DNA of 63,811 nt, counting the filler, from Octopus bimaculoides (lineage: Eukaryota), in assembly GCF_001194135.2 (NCBI RefSeq). It is 7 parts of 7 records of this genome, joined end to end, with 100 filler letters (N's around TTAATTAATTAA, not from the genome) between each part and the next. Parts side by side here need not be neighbours in the genome. Positions count along the whole stretch, not along the records: positions 1 to 14,783 come from NC_068987.1; 6 more parts are not named here. One strand, written 5' to 3'. Under the pieces are notes generated by a model. It did no database searches. It worked only from the letters and a program-made list of their open reading frames with translations, and was not told the DNA's origin. The translations under genes were made by a program, and so were the position numbers. Shown in pieces: positions 1-13,034 of the stretch. Numbering within the stretch: the stretch's first letter is position 1; each line of letters begins with the position of its first letter.

Positions 1-178
1 GTTTTGACTACTTCTTCTAGCGTGCAAAAACTGCCCGTTGAAGGTAGTTTTCTTTTGTGTTTAAATGCACACAACTTTATATTGAGAATATGTTTTCTAT
101 TGACTTTTCATGCATGCTGGGCCACTGGTGGTGAATTTTCGAAACTAAATTTACCACCCTATATATATTTTATATAGG

Positions 179-2595
179 GAGGATAAATGTACTAACTTCT
201 GGTTGAATGCCTTCCCAGAGTGCCATGAACTACCACCAAAACTTTACAACGATGTTTTGCAGCATCCTAGTTTGATGCCCTCTTGGCTAATTAATAGTTT
301 AACATTCCTACTTCCAAAAAATGAAGAAACAAATGAACCAAAAAATTATAGTCCCATAACCTGCTTAGCAACAATATATAAAACGCTAACATCTGTCCTG
401 ACTGAATATACCTATAGTCTTTTAATAGAAAGTAGCATATACCCTAATGAGAAGAAAGGATGTAAACGTGGATCTTATGGTTGTAATGATCATCTATTCA
501 TCAATAAGAAGAACTTAGAAGATTGTCACAAGCGACACAAACACTTGTCAATAACCTGGATAGTCTATAAAAATTTGTTGATAGGCTACCACATAGCTGG
601 ATTTTAAAAATGTCTGGAAATATATAAAATAACATCTACCCACCGAAAAGTTTTGTCTGTAAGTATGAGATCATGGAGAAACACACTGATTTTGAGCAGT
701 GACTCGAATCTGTAAATGCTGGAGATGTAAAAATTTCATGTGACATTTTCCAGAGTGACTCGCTATCACCACTCTTCTTTTGTCTAGCCTTAATACCTCT
801 CTCAAAATTGCTCAATGATGCACAGTAAGGTTACAAAATGTTTGCTACAAGGATGATTTAAAGCTCTTTGCAAAAAATGGCTAACAACTCAAGAGCTTAC
901 TAGCGATTGTTAAACAATTCAGTGATGACATCAGAATGCAATTTGGCCTCGATAAATGTACAAAAGCTACTTTTATCAAAGGAAAAATTACAGAAACATC
1001 TAACGTTAACCTTGACCAGCAGAATGTCACAAACGAGTTTGAACCAGCGGAAAGATACAAATACCTAGGGTTACTTGAAGGGGACGGAATCAAGTATTTA
1101 GGGATGAGGGAAATGATCAGAAGAGAATGTTATTGCCGGGTGAGAACAATATTTAAGACAGTGCTGAATGAAAGAAACATGATCGAAGCGTTCACTGCTT
1201 TAGCCATACCAGTCGTGACTTACAGTTTCTATATCATTAACAGGTCATTTACTGAAATATGTAATATTGACAGAAAAATACGAAAACTGTTGACAATGCA
1301 TAGAATGCACCACTCTAAGGCAGATATAGAACGTCTTTATCTGTCAAGAAAAGAGGGAGGCCGTGTAATTTTACAACTGGTATTAACAATGAAGATTGCC
1401 TCAATTGGCCAAGACACCTACCTGAAAAACTCTGAGGACTGGATGTTAAAACTTGTCTGAAAACATGATAGCAAGAACGCATCATACTAAGTAACAAAAC
1501 ATGCAAAGGAATATCTAAGTGAATTCCAAATAAAACAAAGTCCATAAGTAGACGTACTAGAAACAAGAGGAGAAAAAGTTAAGTGCACGAAACCCTGTGC
1601 TAAAACTACTGCCTTAGATATGCTGACTGATAAATGAAAAGAAAAACCTCTCAATGGCAAATACCCAAATACAGGAAATAATGCCGATGTTGACAAAGCA
1701 CTTAGCCATCAATGTTTCATGGCTTCTGCCTTAAAATCTGAAACAGAATTGTTTATAAGAGCAGCCCAAGATCAATGCCTACCTAAAAGAAACTACCAGG
1801 CAAACATATTAGGGAATATCGGCTTCCCAACAAGTCGTGTATGGCAATAACAAAATGAGACCATTGATCATGTTGTCTCCTTGTGCAGTCTTCTTGGGCC
1901 TACAGAGTATCTCAACAGGCATGATAGAGCTGCACAGTATATTTAGTGGGTAATTTGCAAACACCTGGACTTGTCCTATGTTAAAAACTTGGGAACATAA
2001 ACCACCTCTAGTGTTTGAAAATGATCACATCTCACTCCTCCAAAACTTCACCGTTCAAACTGACAGAGATAGATGCAAATATGCCAGACATCATCTTGAA
2101 AGACTTCAGGCAAAAATCATGCCTCCTCATTGATATAACTGTCTCAATTGATATAAACGTATCTGTCAAGATCTACCAAAAACTGATCAACTATAAAGAC
2201 ATTGAAATAAAATTTAGCAAAATGTAGAACCTGAAGACTAAAACAATACCTGTTGTCATTGGTGCCCTGGGAATGATATCAAAAGGGGCTGATTGCTACT
2301 TAGCTCAGATACCAGGAAACCCCAAAATGGCAGAATTCAAAAGATAGTGCTCATGGGAACTGCCCATGTCTTACGCAAAATAATTTCTATGTAATCTCAA
2401 ATTTTAAAACAAACACGTAATTTTCTTATGGTTTTATAAACATTCTCTAGAACAACACCACGTACGAAACCAAATATATGGCACCCTAGGCATTACACTA
2501 ACATGAACTACTAACTTGTTGTCTCTAGAGGTCTCTGGGTGAGACTTGGATCCAACTTGTATAAATGTAAAGGGAAAGTCAAACATAAACTTATG
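179..2595 (+). mobile_element. RLE-type non-LTR retrotransposon (R4/Dong-like), family A, 5'-truncated, degenerate
   Basis: Broken frames give RT motifs (NYSPITCLATIYK, FQSDSLSPL, DDLKLF, MQFGLDKC), a CCHC-knuckle remnant (ETIDHVVSLC..RHD) and the RLE motif PDIILKD..CLLIDITV. The 3' UTR ends directly at (TAA)n near 2596. Confidence 0.9.
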
Positions 2596-2646
<51 letters not shown>

Positions 2647-2691
2647 GTAATAATAATAATAATAATAATAATAGTAGTAGTAGTAGTAGTT

Positions 2692-2751
<60 letters not shown>

Positions 2752-2864
2752 ACAATAACAACAACATGCATAGCAAAACAAATGTGCACTTGCTACTCTT
2801 GGCTCCAGCGTATGCCCAGTACTAAGGCAGCTGAAATATAGTTAACTTCAAAGGAAATGATAAA

Positions 2865-2928
<64 letters not shown>
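2596..2928. repeat. Compound microsatellite (TAA)n/(TAG)n/(CAA)n containing a short RLE 3'-UTR remnant (~2765-2835)
   Basis: Directly visible. The remnant CTTGCTACTCTTG..GTACTAAGGCAGCTGAAAT matches the reverse complement of 57730-57780. Confidence 0.9.
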
Positions 2929-2929
<1 letters not shown>

Positions 2930-3312
2930 AATGCCCTGATGCAGCACTAGATAGTGACTCACATTGATTTTGATCTTAAGCAGAAAGAGTGGGGGAGCAT
3001 CATACCCATGTGTAGAAAGGAATTATTTGGGGTTTGAATTGCTCACTTCTAGAAGTATGGCTGTTTAGTTCATCCCCCTTAAACAGACATTATTCAGGAA
3101 CTTTTTGAGCGGGATGGCCTCCTGGACATGAAAATTCTAGCTGGGTCCTACTTGTCAGGTCATGCTCTATTTATCCTGATATGTCGCGTTCATATGGTTT
3201 TGATGTATGTGGCTGGTGTACCCTCATCAGACAAGTAGTTGTGATGGGTATATTGGGCTCTGTATATTTGTAACCCAGTGTTACTTTGATAACATACACT
3301 GCTCTCTCACTC
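2929..3312 (-). repeat. Non-coding dispersed repeat, inverted homolog of 57110-57590
   Basis: Colinear reverse-complement similarity (e.g. AGTGGGGGAGCATCATA vs TATGATGCTCCCCCACT; TACCCTCATCAGAC vs GTCTGATAAGGGTA). Flanked by trinucleotide tracts. Confidence 0.8.
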
Positions 3313-3327
3313 AATAATAACAATATC

Positions 3328-3360
<33 letters not shown>

Positions 3361-3387
3361 AATAATAATCATAATAATAATAATAAC

Positions 3388-4520
3388 GGACAGTAGAAAT
3401 CAGAAGGGATCTTCCAAGGGGACTGCCTCTCCCCACAAGAAAAAGAGGGGGAAGAGGACTTATTGGATGCGAACACAGCATTAGAGCAGAAGAAAACAAT
3501 ATAGCATGGTACGTAAAAAATGCCAGAGTACCGCTATTATTAGAAGTAAGAAGGTTAGGCTTGTGTAGGATGAAAGATTGCAAAGATAAAGGACTGTGCA
3601 TATAATTGAAAACGAATGAAACTGAAAATAGGTAGGCAAAAAAAAGAATGTTTGGGCAATTTCATAGGGATGATGAAGATAAGACAGACAGAGATAAAAG
3701 ATGACTGTGGATGACTAAAAGTGATTTAAAACTAGAAACGGAAGTTCTAATGTGTGCTGCTCAAGAGCAAGCACGAATGCATCAATTACATAAAATACAG
3801 AATAGACAACACAGCAGAAATTGATAAGAGCAGAAGTTTTTGACAAAATGGTGAAACCGTATGGCATATTACCAGTCAATGTACGCCACTAGCGCAGAAG
3901 GAATATCAGAGACACCACGATTATATAGCAAAGCTTGTCCATTGGACACTTTGCAACAAATATGGACTTGATAGAGCACAAAATTGGTACGACTACAAAC
4001 CAGAAGGTATCCTCGAAAATGATAATGCAAAGATACTGTGGGATTATTATGATTAAGTGCGACCATGAGATAGAAATTAGGAAGCCAGACGTAATCTTCA
4101 TTGAGAAAGAAAGCAAATTATGCTGGATCATAGATATAGCATGCCCATTGACAACAAGGTATGCGATAAGTAAGAAAGAAAAGTCGGATAGATATGACAG
4201 GTTAGCTTAGGAAGTTAAGCAGTTATGGTCGATGAAAAAGGTGGTAGTAGTACCAATAATTGTCGGAGCCTTAGGAATGTTCCAAAAATTCTTGAGAAGT
4301 ACATAGAACAAATAGGGGCTGCAATAAGGGTAGAGAACTTGCAGAAAACAACACTGCAAGGAACCGCTCGAATAGTCCAGGTGGTGCTCGAATACTCCGG
4401 GTGGTGCTCGAATACTCCGGGTGGTGCTCGAATAAAAAAAATAGTGTTACCTCTTTAGTTCACTGGCAATGAACAGCTGCCACCATTGTATATTTCCAGC
4501 GTTAGAAGCTGCGCAAAGGC
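3388..4520 (+). mobile_element. R4/Dong-like family B fragment, 5'-truncated and internally deleted
   Basis: Colinear with 16568-16618 and then 17321-18310. Contains ILWDY..KPDVIFIEK..CWIIDIACP (RLE). Flanked by (TAA)n on the 5' side and (CAG/CAA)n on the 3' side. Confidence 0.9.
4365..4433 (+). repeat. 20-bp tandem repeat GTGGTGCTCGAATACTCCGG (~3.5 units) at the end of the family B ORF
   Basis: Units start at 4381, 4401 and 4421. Only a single unit-like sequence is present in the longer copy near 18195-18222. Confidence 0.9.
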
Positions 4521-5563
4521 AGCAGCAACAACAACAACAACAACAACAATAACACACCAGCAACAACAACAACAACAACAATANNNNNNNNNNNNNNNNN
4601 NNNNNNNNNNNNNNNNNNNNNNNNNNNNNNNNNNNNNNNNNNNNNNNNNNNNNNNNNNNNNNNNNNNNNNNNNNNNNNNNNNNNNNNNNNNNNNNNNNNN
4701 NNNNNNNNNNNNNNNNNNNNNNNNNNNNNNNNNNNNNNNNNNNNNNNNNNNNNNNNNNNNNNNNNNNNNNNNNNNNNNNNNNNNNNNNNNNNNNNNNNNN
4801 NNNNNNNNNNNNNNNNNNNNNNNNNNNNNNNNNNNNNNNNNNNNNNNNNNNNNNNNNNNNNNNNNNNNNNNNNNNNNNNNNNNNNNNNNNNNNNNNNNNN
4901 NNNNNNNNNNNNNNNNNNNNNNNNNNNNNNNNNNNNNNNNNNNNNNNNNNNNNNNNNNNNNNNNNNNNNNNNNNNNNNNNNNNNNNNNNNNNNNNNNNNN
5001 NNNNNNNNNNNNNNNNNNNNNNNNNNNNNNNNNNNNNNNNNNNNNNNNNNNNNNNNNNNNNNNNNNNNNNNNNNNNNNNNNNNNNNNNNNNNNNNNNNNN
5101 NNNNNNNNNNNNNNNNNNNNNNNNNNNNNNNNNNNNNNNNNNNNNNNNNNNNNNNNNNNNNNNNNNNNNNNNNNNNNNNNNNNNNNNNNNNNNNNNNNNN
5201 NNNNNNNNNNNNNNNNNNNNNNNNNNNNNNNNNNNNNNNNNNNNNNNNNNNNNNNNNNNNNNNNNNNNNNNNNNNNNNNNNNNNNNNNNNNNNNNNNNNN
5301 NNNNNNNNNNNNNNNNNNNNNNNNNNNNNNNNNNNNNNNNNNNNNNNNNNNNNNNNNNNNNNNNNNNNNNNNNNNNNNNNNNNNNNNNNNNNNNNNNNNN
5401 NNNNNNNNNNNNNNNNNNNNNNNNNNNNNNNNNNNNNNNNNNNNNNNNNNNNNNNNNNNNNNNNNNNNNNNNNNNNNNNNNNNNNNNNNNNNNNNNNNNN
5501 NNNNNNNNNNNNNNNNNNNNNNNNNNNNNNNNNNNNNNNNNNNNNNNNNNNNNNNNNNNNNNN

Positions 5564-5594
<31 letters not shown>

Positions 5595-5665
5595 CTATAT
5601 ATATGTATATATATATGTGTGTGTGTGGGTGTGTGTATACATACACATATATACATATATATATA

Positions 5666-6486
5666 TGTGGGGATACCAAACAATAACAGGAGACGTTCTC
5701 TGTGGACAAACTCTTTGTAGCTCTGGCTTCCGTTGCTAGAAGCCAATTGATGAGTCTATCGGGTATCAGTCTGCCAACCGGCGTCATCCTCTCTTTTTCT
5801 GCTGCCACGTAGTGCCTCTTTGTTTTGCTGTGCTTCTCCACTGTTCGTCGATGTTTGTTATAGCTGAAACGAAGGAACACCGTGTTTCCGTGAAATTCTG
5901 TTTTCAGTCGTCATGCTTCAAACAGCTTACAAGGATGCTACCATGAGCAAAACACAATGTTATGAATGGCTTCCATGCTTTAGGAATGGTCACTTGTCAC
6001 TTCAAGACCATCCTCCTTCAGTACGACAGTCGACTTCGTGAACGGATTAAAACATCATGTAAATTCATGAACTGATTTGACATGACTGGTGTGTACTTGA
6101 ACTACTGCCAACGAATTTTGAGTGAAGAATTGCGAAGGAAAAGAGTTGCAGCAAAATGTGTGCCTCTCTTGCTCACGGACTATCAAAAGAAGTGACGACA
6201 GAAATCGTGTCGTGAATTGAAATAAGACTTGGAAGTTGATCCGGACTTTTGTCGAAGGTCATCACTTGTGACGAAAGCTGGTGCTACAGAATTTGCGGAT
6301 GTGGAAGACGTGAAGAAACAGAAAGGACGTGGACGTTAAAATGCATCACTTCGCAAGAGTTCCAGCACTGCTTTGTATAGTGGACATAAGCATTCCTTCA
6401 AGTGGAGAATATTTTGAAGGCGAAAAAGTGTAAGCATATAAAAGTAAATTTATGAAATAATATTGCAAAATTCCGGTCTTCTTTGG

Positions 6487-6490
<4 letters not shown>
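5666..6490 (+). mobile_element. mariner-family DNA transposon, internally deleted
   Basis: HTH region KEHRVSVKFCF..SKTQCYEW..F, then RVAAKCVP and KVITCDESWCY (first catalytic D), then a jump to the C-terminus. Degenerate TIR-like ends sit within (TA)n. Confidence 0.8.
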
Positions 6491-6527
<37 letters not shown>

Positions 6528-7984
6528 NNNNNNNNNNNNNNNNNNNNNNNNNNNNNNNNNNNNNNNNNNNNNNNNNNNNNNNNNNNNNNNNNNNNNNNNN
6601 NNNNNNNNNNNNNNNNNNNNNNNNNNNNNNNNNNNNNNNNNNNNNNNNNNNNNNNNNNNNNNNNNNNNNNNNNNNNNNNNNNNNNNNNNNNNNNNNNNNN
6701 NNNNNNNNNNNNNNNNNNNNNNNNNNNNNNNNNNNNNNNNNNNNNNNNNNNNNNNNNNNNNNNNNNNNNNNNNNNNNNNNNNNNNNNNNNNNNNNNNNNN
6801 NNNNNNNNNNNNNNNNNNNNNNNNNNNNNNNNNNNNNNNNNNNNNNNNNNNNNNNNNNNNNNATATATATATATATATGTGTGTGTGTGTAATTAAAACC
6901 TGTTTCATTCGTCCCCATGCAGCTTAGTTTTATTGTTTCCTTATAGAAACCTACTTTGTCAGCTACAGATGGCCAAGTGCTGTGGTGCAGGTAATCCAAG
7001 AGTGCCTACTCGGAATTTGGACTGGTCTTGCTCTTAACACAGAAACAGACACACACAAAAGGAAAGGCACATACACTCGTACACATGGCCATCCAGATAA
7101 ACAAGCCCATATACATACATTCACATATAAGTACATAACTTATGTTAAATAAGCAGCCACGCGCACAAGCACCTGTACATGTGTCTTAACCACGTATGTG
7201 CAAATATGCACACGCGAATCCGCTCACAGAAGGCACTGATTCAGATGAAGCTGATATACACAGCTGACACTAACCTCCACATATACGTACATGCCGATAT
7301 GCACAGGGATCCCAACCTACACACACTTTAGAAAATACCTATATGCATACGAGCAAGCTGATGCTATCATCTTTGTTGAGACACACGCTGAAAAGCACGC
7401 AGCCCCACATTCACACATTGCAGATTCACATGCACAGGCATCAGACATGCACATGCAGGCACAAACTAAGGTTCTATATGTACGTACGCACATACACACA
7501 CGACTCAGAGGTTTCAGGTAATGCCGAGTAAGTGCTATAGATAGAACATAGTTGTGCTCCAGGTTCGGTCATTATGCGAACAAGAGGTCCAACGTAGGTC
7601 ATATATCAGCGTGTGTACATAAGTATTTATATTTCGTAATGAGATTATAAAGCAAGGCTGTGTATAATTTATAACATTTATAAAAGTTATAAAATATGCG
7701 CAGCCTTGGTATTTTTTCTCTCATTACGAAAAGTAANNNNNNNNNNNNNNNNNNNNNNNNNNNNNNNNNNNNNNNNNNNNNNNNNNNNNNNNNNNNNNNN
7801 NNNNNNNNNNNNNNNNNNNNNNNNNNNNNNNNNNNNNNNNNNNNNNNNNNNNNNNNNNNNNNNNNNNNNNNNNNNNNNNNNNNNNNNNNNNNNNNNNNNN
7901 NNNNNNNNNNNNNNNNNNNNNNNNNNNNNNNNNNNNNNNNNNNNNNNNNNNNNNNNNNNNNNNNNNNNNNNATATATGTATGTA

Positions 7985-8135
7985 TATATATATATATATA
8001 TACGGGAGGCCTCTTTCAGTCTCCGGCTATCAAATCCAATTCGAAGGCTGCGATATGCCGGAACCAATAGTAGAATACATATGCCATTGGGACTAAACTT
8101 AGAATCATATGGTTGGATACGAAACAGTTTGCCAC
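7985..8135 (-). mobile_element. Diverged 5' part of a tRNA-derived CORE-type SINE
   Basis: Similar to 28020-28147 and 45800-45955. Confidence 0.6.
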
Positions 8136-8577
8136 ACATCCACATCTTATTATAAATTTTAAATCATAGAGTTTGCAAAATAAAAAGAAAACTGTCATTT
8201 AATTTATGTCTTAGCACTCAGGTTCCGATGGGTTAATTTTCAGTATATGAAATATCTGCAATATATTCACAACTTCCTTTTAAAATTTCGTAATGGAATG
8301 CTTTCGGACAGTATTATGTGCACCCAATTATTCACTACAAATTTCAATTTACTATGTACTCCATCGCTTTCTATTACGTTAACATTGATGTGGGTCATTT
8401 AATTATTGTGCAAGTTAAATAGTTAAATTTCTTTCATTATTAGAAGATAACGAGATCTTGGTGCACTAAGAGAATACATAAAGAAAATAGCTCGCGGAAT
8501 TACAATTCCATACATTATTCCGTAATTTCATTTCTTCGTTTTCAATTATCATTATTATTCTTACTATTATTATTATT

Positions 8578-9010
8578 AAGGCGATGAGCTGGCAGAATCG
8601 TTAGCACATCGGGCGAAATGCTTAGCGGTATTTCGTCTGCCGCTATGTTCTGAGTTCAAATTCCGCGGAGGTCGACTTTGCCTTTCATCCTTTCGGTGTC
8701 GATTAAATAAGTACCAGTTACGCACTGGGGTCGATATAATCGACTTAATCCGTTTGTCTGTCCTTGTTTGTCCTCTCTGTGTGTAGCCCTTTCTAGGCAC
8801 TAAAGAAATAAGAATCCTTAGCACGTAGGACGAAATGCTTAGCGGCATTTCGCCTGTCGCTACGTTTTCAGTTGAAATTCCGAGGTCGACTTTAGCGAGT
8901 ATCTTGTCGGGGTCGATAAATTAAGTACCAATTACGTATCGGGGTCAATCTAATCGACTTGCCCCCACCACAAAAATTTCAAGCCTTGTGCTTAGAGTAA
9001 AAAAGAAAAC
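8578..9010 (+). mobile_element. Two head-to-tail copies of a tRNA-derived SINE (central domain resembling the Meta domain)
   Basis: A-box-like TGGCAGAATCGTTAG and B-box GAGTTCAAATTCC, then GTCGACTTTGCCTTTCATCCTTTCGG..AAGTACCAG. The second, truncated copy starts near 8815. Confidence 0.8.
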
Positions 9011-9061
9011 ATTAAGTACTAGTGAAACATTGGGGTTGATGTTGAAAGGATTATAATTATT

Positions 9062-11700
9062 ATTATTCGTAATGCATTTTCCCCATTACTTTATCAACAT
9101 TTCATGCTTTTCTTTTCATATTTTTAATCCGCCTGTTGCATACTATCTTCAACAACTATTTTTCCCTTATTAATACACCTTTGTGCAGCTTCATTTCTTT
9201 TGTAATTCCTCATGATATTGGCGTACGTCTTGTGCAATGATATTGGCGTACGTCCCCTTCATATACCCCTAGTTATTTGTAGCTCTCCAGTAGTTTTAAC
9301 TCCGTTATGGTACTTTACTGGTCAAGATTAACATTATGTCATTTTCCTTTTGTTAAATGTAGGTTTTGCACATTTATTGAGGCCAAATTGCATCCTGATG
9401 TCATTTAACAATCGCTAACAAGCCTTGTATTTGTTGGTCATTATTTACAAAGGGCATTAAATCATCCATGTAAATGAGATGATTTATATTTTCATCAAAT
9501 ATTTTATAACTGTATTGTACATCATCGAGCAATTTTGAGAGGGGCATTAAGGCTAGACATGAGGTGTGGTGATAGAGAGTCACCATGAAAATGCCACATG
9601 AAATTCTTACATCTCCAGCATTGATAGATTCATTGTCACAGTTCAAAGTCAGAGTGGTTCTCCATGATCTACTTACAGACAAGAAGTTTCGCGGTGTAAG
9701 TGCTATTTTATACATTTCCAGACATTTCTTAATCCAGCTATGTGGTAAAGTATCAAAAGCTTTTTTATAGTCTATCCAGAGTATCGACATGTTTTTGTGT
9801 CGTTTGTGACAGTCTTCCAAGATCATCTTACTGAAGAATAGCTGATCTTTACAAACATACGACCCACGTTTACATCCTTTTTGCTCATTAGGGAATATGC
9901 CATTTCTCTTAAAGAAAAACTATAAGTTTTGGGTTCATTTGTATTTTCAGTTTTTGGAAGTACGTATTTTACACCAAGAAGGAATCATACTAACTTATTG
10001 CAAAACATTGTTGTAAAGATTTGTTAGCAATTCATGGCTCTCTGGGAAGGCATTCAATCAAAAATTAGGAATTTTATCCTTTCCTGGAGACTTCCATTTG
10101 CCTGATTTCCTGAGAGCAGATCTTACATCCATTACCTTGATACCCACCCATTTTTCTCTTCTAAGTTGTCGAAGTCTAGATACTCTATCATTGAAAAGGG
10201 CGTTTTCATTGTGTGTTTCTCCTGCCAAAATTTGTTTCTAAAATTCCTGCACTTCTTCTTTTGATGGGACAGACCTTACTGTAACTGGTATTTTCCCTAT
10301 CTTCCTGTGAAAATTTTTGGGGCTATTTTTGAACACGTTGTTGTTCTTGAAGAATCTAACGCGCTTTTCGTACCTTGCTATGCGAGCAAATTTAGCACAT
10401 ACTTTTGTTTGATAGTTTTTAAGGTGGTATCAATTTCAAGTATGGTTTTCATATTATATTTTTTTCTTTAATTTTAGGATTTTCATTGGTTTGATAGTCT
10501 TGACAAACTTAGAGTATTTTATACATTCTATGTCAAACCTAAGTAGCTGGATTTAGTGTTGAAACCGCTCTTTTCAAGTAGGCTTTTTCTGGGAACGTTG
10601 TGGTTTTCTAATCTTTTCACCACATAGAATCGTTGATATTTTCGCGGATGCAAAGTTCAGGTGGTTGAGATCTGTAATATGAACGTCATTAGCTGAAATT
10701 ATAACCGTAAGTTCCAAGGCGGATTTTACCAATTACTTTCAGGTTTTGTTTATAATTGTGAATTTTTGGGAAAGTGTCGCGTTCATTCCTTATAATTTCT
10801 TTTCAGCCATTCAATCATGATTTGATTTTTTAGATCATGTAGTTCTGTTGGGTCAATTTCTGTGTGACTTACTTCATCTATTTGAATTTCGTCTGCCTTA
10901 GTATTTATGGTTGGTTCAAAGAGTATTTCACTTTGCTTATTAGTTATATAAACTCTTTCAATCATGATTGCATTTTCATCTGATCTATAATTGTTTCCTT
11001 TATGGTATCTTCTATAGCTGATCTATAATTGTTTCCTCTGTAGTATCTTCTATAGCTGATCTATAATTATTTCGTCGATAGTATCTTCTATAGCTGATCT
11101 ATAATTATTTCCTCTCTAGCATCTTCTATAGCTACAACTTCGTTCCATTTATCCCTAACTGATTGTTTAATTTGGTCATTCAACAATTCACTTAGTAATT
11201 TCTTTTTTAAAATGTTTCTTCTGGCGTTGGTTAGTTTGTTTCTATAATTGTAGGGTCTTACTTCAAGGTATTTCTGTCTCCAGTCTAAGTAGGTTTGCAC
11301 AGTATTAGATTTATTTGTGGGGAAATAAATGAAATGATAAAAGGACTTAAGAACTTCTTTATTATCTCCCATAGACCATTTTCATTCTTTTTCTTTTGGT
11401 TACTTGAGGACGAGCTTGGATGGCCAGCTGTTGGAATATTCCGGTTATGGGGTAATTCCAGCTCCTGTGTTTCGGGAAGATTTCAGCCAGTAGCTGATTT
11501 TTGGTACCCGATCTAGTTCACCCTTCGAGTACGCGGTCCTTCGGGAACCGGGTGGCGGCTGATCACGTTTGAATTTTCTTTTGTTATCATTGAGGCATGG
11601 GAGGTTGGACGTCGGATCTGTCCTTTTAGGGCTAATTTTTTCAGACGTCACCGCCTCTGAGTTCTCTGAGTGCAAACATAGCTCGTAAGGTTGCTTTCTA
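9062..11700 (-). mobile_element. R4/Dong-like family A copy 2, retaining the N-terminal region, 3' part deleted
   Basis: MILEDCHKRHKNMSILWIDYKKAFDTLPHSWI and HLIYMDDL. Clear nucleotide similarity to 203-1085. N-terminal segment KWSMGDNKEVLKSFY..WRQKY..NKLTNARRNILKKKLLS. Confidence 0.88.
10975..11133. repeat. 38-bp tandem repeat (~4 units) inside the retrotransposon 5' region
   Basis: TGATCTATAAT recurs at 10981, 11019, 11057 and 11095. Confidence 0.92.
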
Positions 11701-12295
11701 TGGCTAATAGATCTGTATAAGTCTGTATATTTTGCATTTATACATTTATCTCCTGGCATAGATTTTTGTGATTTTTTAAAACTTATGAATTGTTCACTCT
11801 GTGTTAGTTCGAAAAATATGAGAATTGATGTGTTTTGTTTTTCGTGTTTTTTCTTACTTCGTTTGTGATACGTGCTTTCATATATGTGTAAGTGTGCCCT
11901 ATAAATTTCACGCAGCTGTGTAAACATTGGGATCAATGTGCATTCCTATGAGTATTAAAATGTATATATGATGGTGTATACATTCAAGTGCATGCGTAAT
12001 TAATCATTGTATGTACTTACTGTTCTATTCCATTTATATTTTATAATTTGTAAACTTTCCGATGTTGATTTCGCGGTTGTATTTCGCGCATATTTCACTG
12101 AGACACCGTACATAGGAGAAATTGTGCATGGTATGGCAGTAAAATTTCAGTTTTGTGACTAGTTTTGTTACAAGGCCGCTTCCATCACGTCTTCCACAGG
12201 TTCCTTTATCGCATTCCCCAGATGATATTGGTGTAGATTTGTTTTTGAATGGAGAGCCCAGTGTAGCACATCCATGTTGTTTTTGTTGTTGTTGC

Positions 12296-12343
<48 letters not shown>

Positions 12344-12353
12344 NNNNNNNNNN

Positions 12354-12393
<40 letters not shown>

Positions 12394-12394
12394 C

Positions 12395-13030
12395 CTTCGT
12401 AACACAGTGTAGGTAAAAATGCTCGGAGTTTTCAGTCATCTGTCAAGTAACAACAAGGACCTCAGACAGATAATGCTCCCCTTAAAATGTGCGCTGTGCC
12501 CAATAGGGCTGCTTTTTTCAAGACATCAATCTTTTATAGGATTTCCAGTTGCCTTAAACAGTCTTGAAGCTTCAATGTGATTGAGCCTAGCGCTTAATTC
12601 CTCACTGGTATCACTTTTACATTATCCTTTCGCATTCCAAACAGTGTTGCCATTTTTACTTTCACTTCGGAATACTTGATGATTTTTCAACCTCTTAACT
12701 CACAACATTTTTTTCGTTTGGTATGGCTACATCAATGATCTGACAGTATTTGTCTCTAATATTCAATATGACATTATCCGGCAAACGGTATTCGATTACA
12801 TGATCCGTCTGAAAATCCTAGTCCCAGAGTATAACTTTACTTGGTACATACTCATGCCAGTTCTCTGATACTTCATATTGGTATTTACGGCATAAGAACC
12901 AATGAAGGTACAGACATTATCGTGGTGGGGCTTTTTTGTGCAAGGCTCTCACATCCACTTACTAAGTAGGTCACATTTTCCACATTCTTCCCGCAGAGTC
13001 TGCAATTCTGGGTGTCAGAAGTTTTATAGA
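12395..13030 (-). mobile_element. RLE retrotransposon 3' end, distinct family E
   Basis: CRLCGKNVENVTYLVSGCESLAQK..HDNV (CCHC), ILWD, PDNVILNIRDKYCQIIDVAIP, KAALLGTAHILRGALSV*. Followed by (TAC)n and (TAA)n on the minus strand. Confidence 0.85.
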
Positions 13031-13034
13031 TTTT

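Noticed and set aside
125-158. Hairpin GGTGGTGAATTT..AAATTTACCACC containing CGAAAC
   Set aside because: No upstream CUGANGA core and single occurrence; cannot be assigned to a ribozyme or terminator.
4381-4433. Short direct repeats as a CRISPR-like array (also 10975-11133 and 32315-32412)
   Set aside because: The units are contiguous with no unique spacers, lie inside or near retroelements, and the context is eukaryotic.
4447-8155. Very long ORFs (up to 477 aa) in the supplied track; the same applies to 36194-37186 and 46953-48570
   Set aside because: They are open only because they run through N gaps and (TA)n or (CA)n tracts.
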